Assembly (NCBI GenBank): GCA_035315125.1
Contig: DATFYI010000164.1
Span: 444-64,443 of the forward strand
Reading direction: 5' to 3'
Source of the DNA: Anaerolineaceae bacterium
GTDB taxonomy: Bacteria > Chloroflexota > Anaerolineae > Anaerolineales > Anaerolineaceae
Length of the DNA: 64,000 bases
A program made the translations under genes and the position numbers. Each line of letters opens with the position of its first letter. The stretch's first letter is position 1. Below, piece by piece: positions 27,501 to 33,791 of the stretch. Below the pieces are notes generated by a model. It was not told where the DNA came from, did no database searches, and was given only the letters and a program-made list of their open reading frames with translations.

Positions 27501-30457
27501 TGCGTGCTGCGCCGGAAACGCTCGCAGCCAACCGGCTCGGACAGCCTGGGCTGTGGCGTTTTGGTATCTCTGGCGACTATCCCATCCTATTGGTAGAGTT
27601 GGACAATCCAAAACAGGTCGACTTGGTGAGGGAAGCCCTGCAGGTGCACACATATTTGCGCAGCCGCCGGTTTATGATGGATGTGGTGATTCTCAATCGC
27701 CAGCAGACCGATTACGGCGCTGAATTAAATGGAATGCTCTACCGCTTGATCAACCGAATGAATGGTGAAGAGTGGTTAAACCAGCGCGGAGGAATCTATA
27801 TCCTGTATGGCGACCAGATGGGGTCTGAGGAAAGCAAACTGCTCAAATCAGCCGCGCGAGTGCTGCTTATTGGCGCCAATGGACCGTTGAGCAGTCAGAT
27901 GCCGGGCTATTCAATCCCGGTGCACCATTTACCAGAGTTTACGCCAACCCGGCAGGCAGAAGTGGCTGCGAGAGCAGCGTCTATCCCTCAGGCTTATCCT
28001 TTGGGGAAAAGAAGTGAGCTAAAGTTCTACAATGGTTACGGAGGCTTTAGTGCGGATGGGCGCGAATATGTCGTCGACCTACCAGCCGGTAAAAACACCC
28101 CGGCCCCGTGGGTTAATGTAATTGGCTATCCGGAATTTGGTTTTATGGTCAGTGAAACTGGCAGCCAATGCACCTGGGCATTGAATAGCGGTGAAAACCG
28201 CCTGACCCCCTGGTCAAATGATCCGGTGCGCGATCCAACCGGCGAAGCGCTTTACTTGCGAGATGAGGAAACTGGCGAGGTGTGGACGCCCACGCCCCTG
28301 CCCTCCGGATCAGGTCAGCCTTACCGCGTAACTCATGGAGCGGGTTATACCATCTTTGAGCACAGCTCCCACGGCCTCCGTCAGCGTCTTTCTCTTTTTG
28401 CCAGCCCGGAAGACCCTGTCAAAATTATTCATCTGACAGTAGAGAACACCTTAGACCGTACTCGCCGGATTACTGCTACGCAGTATGTCGAATGGGTTTT
28501 GGGCAGCACTCATGCCACAAGCCAGGCCTATATCATTCCGGAATATGACTCAGCCCTGGAATGTTTAATGGCCAGCAACCCCTACAATGCCGAATTCGGC
28601 ACAAGAGTGGCGTTCCTGATTGCCAGCAAAACGGTGCACGGGTTGACCGCCGATCGTACGGAGTTCCTGGGACGCGGCGGAACAGCCGCCTTCCCGGCGG
28701 CTCTGCATCGTCTGGGACTGGAAACCCGTATCAGTCCTGGTGAAGATCCCTGCGCGGTTTTGCAGTTACACCTCGACCTGCTGCCTGGCGCCAGCGAAGA
28801 GATTTATTTTGTGCTCGGACAGGGAAATGATAAAGATCACGCCCTGTCCCTGGCCAAGAAATACCATACCCCGGCCTACGTGGGTGCAGCCTACGAACGC
28901 ACGCATGTATTTTGGGATCGTTTGCTCGGCACTATTCAGGTACATACCCCCGAACCGGCCAGCGATTTGATCCTTAACCGCTGGATGTTATACCAGACCC
29001 TGTCTTGCCGCATTTGGGGCCGCACGGGCTTTTACCAATCCAGTGGAGCGTTCGGTTTCCGCGACCAACTGCAAGATGTTATGGCCCTGCTGGCTATCGA
29101 CCCGGCCATCACACGCAGCCAGATTATCAACGCAGCTCAGCGCCAGTTCGAGCAAGGAGACGTGATGCACTGGTGGCATCCGCCATCAGGTCGTGGAGTG
29201 CGAACGCGTTTTTCGGACGACTTGCTATGGCTGCCTTACGTCACCGCTCTGTATGTTGAAGTAACTGGCGACAAGAGTCTTCTTGATGAAAAGGTACCCT
29301 TTCTTCATGCCCCGGAACTTGCGGAAGGTGAGGACGAGCGCTATGGCAAATACCTGCAGACAGAGCAGACCTTCTCATTGATGGATCACTGCTTACGTGC
29401 AATCGAGAAGGGCGCCAGTACTGGTCCGCACGGTCTGCCGTTGATCGGTACCGGCGATTGGAATGACGGCCTGAACCGCGTTGGAGAAAATGGGCAGGGC
29501 GAGAGCATCTGGTTGGCCTGGTTCTTGTGCGATGTATTAAAACGCTTTGCCACGCTCTGTGAACAAAATGGAAAAGTCGAAACAGCACAGCATTTCAAGT
29601 CAATGGCAGAGGTGTACGCAGCTGCGGTAGAGAGGTCCGCCTGGGATGGGGCCTGGTACCGGCGGGCTTACTATGACGATGGGACGCCGCTCGGTTCGAT
29701 CCAGGAAACAGAATGCCAGATCGATACAATTGCCCAATCCTGGGCAGTCCTGAGTGGGGCAGGCGATCCCCAGCGCAGCAGCCAGGCCATGCAATCGGTG
29801 TTGGACCGTTTGATATGCCCACAGGAGCGCCTGTCACTGCTCTTTACGCCGCCATTCGACAAAACCCCGCATGACCCGGGCTACATCAAGGGCTACCTGC
29901 CCGGAACTCGTGAGAACGGTGGGCAGTACACGCATGCTGCCACCTGGACTGCCTGGGCTTTTGCAAGCCTGGGGAATGGAAAGCAAGCTGGGGCGCTGTT
30001 TGACCTGCTCAATCCCATCTTTCAGTCTGACAGCGCAGAAAAGGTCGCTGTATACCGCGTCGAGCCGTATGTGGTTTGCGCAGATATCTACAGCAGAGCA
30101 CCCTATGTGCGCCGCGGTGGCTGGACCTGGTATACCGGTTCAGCGGCCTGGATGTACCGCCTTGGTCTGGAAGCTATGCTTGGCTTCCACAAAATTGGAG
30201 ATACCATTCACATTAACCCGGTCATTCCACCGACCTGGGATGGATTTGAGATTCGTTATCAATTTGGAGAATCTGTGTACTTTATTCAAGTACACAACCC
30301 CGAGCATGTGGCAAGCCATGTCCGGCAAATGCTGCTGGATGGGCAGCCGCTGAAAGGATCCATTCCGCTGGTCGACGATAAACAGAAACATCAGGTAGTT
30401 GTGACAATGGGAGATTCTGATCATTCCTTAGTTGACATGAATATTTTCTCGTGCTAA
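21584..30457 (+). CDS. cyclic beta-1,2-glucan synthase-like protein (GT84 glycosyltransferase + GH94 phosphorylase modules, ~2957 aa)
   Basis: N-terminal TM region; GT domain with ITLDTDTILP and QRRRWMRGDWQLL; C-terminal GH94-type region with GTGDWNDGLNRVG, RENGGQYTHAATW. Size matches Cgs/NdvB/ChvB. Start taken at the in-frame GTG at 21584, 2 nt after the usp stop. Confidence 0.85.
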   Translation: MLKDPTNQAEERELVSGANSSAFKTDQIRELVNALASNYQDASQSNPGRLSKKFLPGPDLPGRDLGLYESWLAEAHRYFREASHQQVSLTYASEWVLDNYYIIRQALQQIDEDLPSGYYRQLPKLTGGPLKGYPRIYAIARAVLSYQHLLLDPIELRTILIQFQEHVPLTMGELWALPIFLRYGLIEFLAHALIPAIHPPNLPDLPAVPPHLLGNGDTLSSWYISAGEATNNDSVANIILSLRVISEQDWSDFFESVSCLEQTLRGDPAGIYARMDFKTRDLYRKKIERLSFATGREENELAEITVRLAGSAGMSLSSNSVRNSTTNNDPVLPSRAVHIGEYLLGEGQSVLEQQIGYRPDVKTVFKRWVFRHASTFYLSSIGVLTVFILVALLLSTGLPKILNGSPLQWIIVIFLTATMVIPLLTVSTSLANWLITLMIPPRVLPKLDFKSEIPNPFQTLVVIPAMITSREEIDSLAHQLELHYLRNPEPGLQFALLTDFRDADSETLPEDEGLLKYATAKIEILNSKYKYIAPGSNTEPVPDNGQEESQNGSRLFYFLHRKRLWNASEGRWMGWERKRGKLNELNLLLRGGGNLSFIPLRGELGTSTDSLQAVRFVITLDTDTILPRGAACRLAGTLAHPLNRAVFDQTTGQVISGYTVLQPRMEIHPRSANHSWFTRFFAGDTGLDLYTLAVSDAYQDLFGEGSYVGKGIYDADAFERSVDRHIPENTVLSHDLLEGLMGRAGLVTDITMIEDYPQNYFIQVMRQRRWMRGDWQLLPWLFKPNRNGLVFSLIDRWKMFDNLRRALLAPALLLIFFIGQIFLPGLAWLWTAVVLVSLGVPVLTGAARSVLQIIGGGYVEIALRPLGWNLLRWLLAVAFLPYEAYISIDAALTTLYRLLISHRNLLQWTTAAQTARVFGLQTRRNVAWEKMGASTVAAVILAAGIQVISDLSRNGIAPALTYASTVLLLWLFSPIIVWWINRPIIKQVVPLTDEQANLLRQVARRTWGFFERFVGPEDHWLPPDHYQESPVGTVAHHTSPTNIGLLLTSTLAAYDLGYLDQLGLATRLVTTMDTLDRLERFRGHFINWYDTLTLQPLHPRYISTVDSGNLAASLIVTAQACKTMPDERVFRWDLWQGYLDTLSNLTETLTGMRKAEFDQQLEEINQRIAAIHAEILAVRSQPERWYPLYVKASGPFWQDLSSRLMKLVEVGRSAFDLMTLGKLQEVAGQVERHHNAVQRTISELVPWIPLFENLPVLFNEPQFNQKMAELRANLPYNLTLGQVHTQVEAALPGIIALRNLLAADPAPVDSVEVSVSLAINEQEPMALAWLEALGQALKHADTNSSSLVARFALIMRRAEQYVNEMDFRFLYHLQRRVFHIGFNLEAGQLDHNYYDLLASEARIASIIAISKGEVPQSHWLQLSRPVTRVEGAYVLLSWSGTMFEYLMPPLFLRSYPGTLLAESARGAVLHQIAYGKAKNVPWGISESGFYRFDANQNYQYRAFGVPGLGFKRGLGDDLVIAPYASLIAINYDPAAVVRNLANLIAHNMIGLYGVYESIDFTTDRLLLDETSEVVGEYMAHHQGMILMAMVNFFNHDIMVRRMHSDPRIQSVEMLLQEQVPQAVPVQDPYAEDVKGVQRLTVAPVEIIPWSVPVQTPIPQVHLLSNGSYNVLLSNMGGGYSSWRDIDLTRWQPDGVLDSWGSWIYIQELEKEPQKRRRLWSAGYQPVPGDKAVIQVTYFAHMAVFGRTENGITSTMEVTIAPEDPVEIRRIHLHNNHDYSHNLRLTSYGEVILAAQTADARHPAFNKLFIESEFVPDLNLQIFIRRPRSNTETTLLMGHMMVIEGKQIIARHEADRYRFIGRGRSLHSPAALTSQEYLTGSTGATLDPIFALGQEIALDPHESANIAYLTIAGESREAIIALARRYSSWTLVERSFHQSNIAAQTWLGKQEIDTQAFKDTLQILSALIYSFKAVRAAPETLAANRLGQPGLWRFGISGDYPILLVELDNPKQVDLVREALQVHTYLRSRRFMMDVVILNRQQTDYGAELNGMLYRLINRMNGEEWLNQRGGIYILYGDQMGSEESKLLKSAARVLLIGANGPLSSQMPGYSIPVHHLPEFTPTRQAEVAARAASIPQAYPLGKRSELKFYNGYGGFSADGREYVVDLPAGKNTPAPWVNVIGYPEFGFMVSETGSQCTWALNSGENRLTPWSNDPVRDPTGEALYLRDEETGEVWTPTPLPSGSGQPYRVTHGAGYTIFEHSSHGLRQRLSLFASPEDPVKIIHLTVENTLDRTRRITATQYVEWVLGSTHATSQAYIIPEYDSALECLMASNPYNAEFGTRVAFLIASKTVHGLTADRTEFLGRGGTAAFPAALHRLGLETRISPGEDPCAVLQLHLDLLPGASEEIYFVLGQGNDKDHALSLAKKYHTPAYVGAAYERTHVFWDRLLGTIQVHTPEPASDLILNRWMLYQTLSCRIWGRTGFYQSSGAFGFRDQLQDVMALLAIDPAITRSQIINAAQRQFEQGDVMHWWHPPSGRGVRTRFSDDLLWLPYVTALYVEVTGDKSLLDEKVPFLHAPELAEGEDERYGKYLQTEQTFSLMDHCLRAIEKGASTGPHGLPLIGTGDWNDGLNRVGENGQGESIWLAWFLCDVLKRFATLCEQNGKVETAQHFKSMAEVYAAAVERSAWDGAWYRRAYYDDGTPLGSIQETECQIDTIAQSWAVLSGAGDPQRSSQAMQSVLDRLICPQERLSLLFTPPFDKTPHDPGYIKGYLPGTRENGGQYTHAATWTAWAFASLGNGKQAGALFDLLNPIFQSDSAEKVAVYRVEPYVVCADIYSRAPYVRRGGWTWYTGSAAWMYRLGLEAMLGFHKIGDTIHINPVIPPTWDGFEIRYQFGESVYFIQVHNPEHVASHVRQMLLDGQPLKGSIPLVDDKQKHQVVVTMGDSDHSLVDMNIFSC

Positions 30458-30512
30458 TGTATAGATAGCCCATTTGTAGTTGGGCATTACATCGATAAGT
30501 ATAGCATTCCAG

Positions 30513-30546
30513 CGCCCCTACAATTGCAGGGGCGATTGCGTTTTTT
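30513..30546 (+). terminator. rho-independent terminator after the glucan synthase gene
   Basis: Stem CGCCCCT/AGGGGCG (30513-30534), then a TTTTTT run at 30541-30546. Confidence 0.6.
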
Positions 30547-30622
30547 ATTAACCCGAATCGAGGGGGCGGGTCGTCGATTACTGTTTTGACCAGTTACTGG
30601 TAAACGAGAAAGATAGGTAAGC

Positions 30623-31588
30623 ATGTTTAAGCATATCCTTGTTCCCTTAGACGGATCCCTCCTGGCCGAATGCACCCTGCCCCATGTCATAGCCTTTGCC
30701 CTGACCTCTTGCGCCAGGGTCACGCTCTTGCAAGTATTAGATCGGGAAGTTACCTACGGCCCAATGAAAGTTGCTGATCCTTTGGATTGTGCCATCCGCA
30801 AAGCTGAAGCTGAGGTCTATCTGGAGGACGTCTGCGATCGATTACGTAAAGCAGGTTTGCAAGTTTCGACTGCTATCATTGAAGGCCGGGCTGCTGATGG
30901 CATCATCAATTATGCGCACGATAACAACGTTGATTTAATTTCACTGAGCAGCCATGGACTAAGCGGTTTAAGCGGCTGGAATATCAGCAGCGTTGTTCAA
31001 AAAGTCCTCTATCGCGCTCAGGTATCTTCACTTCTTATCCCAGCCTACCGGCAAATCCAAATGGATTTGACAGGTTTTCACTACCAGAAGGTTTTTGTTG
31101 GATTAGATGGCTCCCACAGAGCGGAGTGGGTTTTACCAGAAGCTTTAGAATTGATTGCCTTTCACCATGCTTCACTCCTGTTAGCCCATGTAGTATCCAG
31201 GACAGAAATGCCCTGCCACCTGCCTCGTGATAAAGAAGTGGTTGACTTGATAAATCTAATGAACGAACGCAACCGGCTATATGCAGAAATCTATCTAAAG
31301 GAACTTTGCTCTCGGCTGCCCGCAGATTTGTATAACATCAAAACCTTTCTTGTGATGAGTGAAAATCCGATCGATGCTCTTCGCGACCTGGCGGAGCAGG
31401 AAAGTGCAGATCTGGTGATATTGAGTGCACATGGTGGTTCGGGTGGTTATAAAAGGCTGTATGGCAGTGTGGCCTTGAGTTTCATCAGCTATTGCACCAC
31501 CCCCATGTTGATATTACAGGATCTAAACCCGTCTATGATCGTGCCTAGCCAGGCTGAAATAGCAACCGTAGAGCTGCCAAAACATTAG
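30623..31588 (+). CDS. tandem universal stress protein
   Basis: MFKHILVPLDGS...DLISLSSHGLSGLSGWNISSVVQKV and KVFVGLDGS...DLVILSAHGGSGGYKRLYGSVALSF. Confidence 0.88.
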   Translation: MFKHILVPLDGSLLAECTLPHVIAFALTSCARVTLLQVLDREVTYGPMKVADPLDCAIRKAEAEVYLEDVCDRLRKAGLQVSTAIIEGRAADGIINYAHDNNVDLISLSSHGLSGLSGWNISSVVQKVLYRAQVSSLLIPAYRQIQMDLTGFHYQKVFVGLDGSHRAEWVLPEALELIAFHHASLLLAHVVSRTEMPCHLPRDKEVVDLINLMNERNRLYAEIYLKELCSRLPADLYNIKTFLVMSENPIDALRDLAEQESADLVILSAHGGSGGYKRLYGSVALSFISYCTTPMLILQDLNPSMIVPSQAEIATVELPKH

Positions 31589-31656
31589 CCTATGCTCATG
31601 GTTTCGAATGGATGCCATGTGGATTATCGATCTATTTTCGGAAAGGTTCTTAGAGT

Positions 31657-32085
31657 TTATCTGACAGTTATGTTTACAGCGAAGGTCTGAGCGGGTGGTA
31701 CATCTTTCTCAAACGGCCGGTGGTAGATAAGTTTCAACTCCATCTGGCCGCTCCCAACCGCTGCAAAGCGCAAGCTAATCTTACCCCCGCTGCCGATCGC
31801 ATTGTTGGATGGTTTAAACTCCGGCTCGCCCAGCGGTTGCAGGATGGCGCTGTTTCCAACACCGACCTGCCACTGGAAGCCGGTAGTTGGATTGCCGGGC
31901 AATGTTATTTCAAGTTGATCGCCGGCGCGCAGTTCAATCGAGCGGCCGTTATCGGCTTCGCTGAGTTGCCTGGTCGAGGCTCCGGGTGAGGGTTCAGCGC
32001 CGCATGCGCACAACATTCCGATGATGACGATCAGGATCACGGGCAGCATAAGCATTCTCGGCTTCCTATCGCTGGGCCGGCTCAC
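31657..32085 (-). CDS. chagasin-family (I42) cysteine peptidase inhibitor, lipoprotein
   Basis: Lipobox GMLCAC. Chagasin motifs GNPTTGFQW, GSGG, YHRPFE. Confidence 0.85.
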   Translation of the reverse strand: MSRPSDRKPRMLMLPVILIVIIGMLCACGAEPSPGASTRQLSEADNGRSIELRAGDQLEITLPGNPTTGFQWQVGVGNSAILQPLGEPEFKPSNNAIGSGGKISLRFAAVGSGQMELKLIYHRPFEKDVPPAQTFAVNITVR

Positions 32086-32125
32086 TCAGCCGGTCCCAGC
32101 GATGCTCTGATCAATATCCTTTGGG

Positions 32126-33064
32126 CTAGAGACCAAACATTTTCGTATCGACCCACTCGCTCTTGAGCAGCGACCACCAATCTACGGCCAGCGAATGCAG
32201 CACGTAGTCATATGGCAGCCAGCCATAACCTGCGTCGCCCCAACCTGTGCCCCACGAATTGCGGATCAGCAGTGCGCCCACCGTCTCTTTTGCGCCCGGG
32301 CTGGTGTTCTTGATATGCATGGCGTCATCGAAACCGACCGCCACCACCGCGTGCCCGCCAGCGACTTGTTCACCGGGCATTGGATATGGAAACTTACCTG
32401 TTGAAGCAGCCTGGACGTAAGAGCTGTAGACAGTGAAACCAAACATGGAAGGCAAATAGGCTGTCAGAAACAGCTTGATCAGGCTCAACAGCGTTGCCGG
32501 CGAAACACCGGGAGGATCGAGGCGATAGTAGCGGATCGCCTGATAATTCTGTGCAAAAGCGTATTCGAACGCGTTCGGCTCTTGATCGAAGTCGGGTTGG
32601 ACGTCTGTGTACGGCCAGTATTTCTCAGGCGGCGTGCCGAACAGGGTTAACGCTCCCATTGTGGTGCGCAGATACGCCCCGGTATCCCCTGTCCAGCCCA
32701 GCAGGTCACGCGTCGTTTTGTAGAGGAACAGACGAGAAGCATCAATGTACGTGCCAAAAGAGCGGTTTTCGAAATATTCCACAATGCCAACACCGGCATT
32801 CGCAGTGCAAGAGCCGAGATTCATCTGGTCATCGATTGCCGAGCACCACGGGCGCAGATCCATCGTGGCCGCCAAAGCCGGTGCGGACGTTTTAAGAACG
32901 CCTACCTTGTTGAGATCTGCCTTCACTGACCGTTGCCCCATAACTTTAAGGTGGGGCGTCACCTCATCATGATTGACCGTGTAATCGCGGAAATCAGGGT
33001 TGTCATGCAGCCAACCCATCCTATAAGTGGAATTCGACATTACATTTGCTCCTTTCTGATACAA
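32126..33064 (-). CDS. papain-like C1 family cysteine peptidase
   Basis: Catalytic Cys context QMNLGSCTANAG, His GGHAVVAVGFDD, Asn/Trp NSWGTGWGDAGYGW. No obvious signal peptide. Confidence 0.88.
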   Translation of the reverse strand: MYQKGANVMSNSTYRMGWLHDNPDFRDYTVNHDEVTPHLKVMGQRSVKADLNKVGVLKTSAPALAATMDLRPWCSAIDDQMNLGSCTANAGVGIVEYFENRSFGTYIDASRLFLYKTTRDLLGWTGDTGAYLRTTMGALTLFGTPPEKYWPYTDVQPDFDQEPNAFEYAFAQNYQAIRYYRLDPPGVSPATLLSLIKLFLTAYLPSMFGFTVYSSYVQAASTGKFPYPMPGEQVAGGHAVVAVGFDDAMHIKNTSPGAKETVGALLIRNSWGTGWGDAGYGWLPYDYVLHSLAVDWWSLLKSEWVDTKMFGL

Positions 33065-33213
33065 TATTGATCCAATCGACTGGAGAGTTCTACGGCGAGC
33101 AACGCTTTCGCTCAGCCCGCCCTCTTCATCACGCTAGTGAAAAAACATCACCTCCTTTGACCTGGATTGACGCTCGTCCGCTGGCAGGGGATCTATTTTA
33201 CTGGCTTTACCCA

Positions 33214-33254
33214 GGAAATAAAAAAGGCAAATCCATCGAAATGTGGATTTGCCT
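33214..33254 (-). terminator. rho-independent terminator (minus strand)
   Basis: 11-bp stem AGGCAAATCCA/TGGATTTGCCT (33225-33254) followed on the minus strand by TTTTTTATTTCC. Confidence 0.6.
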
Positions 33255-33398
33255 CATTGTTTCCAGGTCAACGAGCCTACAGAACCCGGCGATGCCTAAA
33301 CCTGGTTAAATCCCGCTATTGTCTAGACATATCATAGCACGTAAGATTCTGAATTTCAATACAAACTCGCTACCGTTTGAACTCCCCTCTTTGCCCCT

Positions 33399-33428
33399 CC
33401 CCTAAAATCTGTTCCCCGGATTTTGGGG
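33399..33428. repeat. G/C-capped palindromic (REP-like) hairpin
   Basis: CCCCTAAAATC-N9-GATTTTGGGG. Same architecture as the hairpins at 37917-37945 and within 38015-38223. Confidence 0.5.
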
Positions 33429-33483
33429 TCGCGGAGCATGCCGTAGGCGGAGGCTGGGTGGGGGTGCATTTAGCCCTGTCGGA

Positions 33484-33585
33484 TTAGAGGTCGGCTCTGG
33501 CAAGTGCTCCGGCCACCCAGATCGCTGCGATCAGAACGGCCAACACCGCCAGCAGCATGTCAGGAATTCGTACAGCCCAAATCAT
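33484..33585 (-). CDS. possible 33-aa hydrophobic peptide
   Basis: ATG at 33585 with GAGGGG 9 nt upstream. Product MIWAVRIPDMLLAVLAVLIAAIWVAGALARADL. Below track cutoff and otherwise unsupported. Confidence 0.2.
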   Translation of the reverse strand: MIWAVRIPDMLLAVLAVLIAAIWVAGALARADL

Positions 33586-33791
33586 AGTCGTCTACCCCTC
33601 ACCGTAGGTGGTTGAGGGTTCATTGTAACATTCAATACCGGACTAGATGTTCGACCGCTATCCGCAAAATTAGTACTGGTTTTTTTAACGAAGTTCTAAA
33701 TGGATATGCCAGGATGAAAGTAGGTTTCGCATTCGCTCAATGTATTTTGCAAGCTTTCTACATTATTATTCTTATTAGCTATTTCTTGAAT

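Noticed and set aside
33290-33330. tRNA-like T-loop (CTGGTTAAATCCCGC) as a possible tRNA fragment or att site at the island border.
   Set aside because: - No flanking T-stem complementarity or acceptor stem could be drawn.
- It lies about 300 bp outside the compositional breakpoint.
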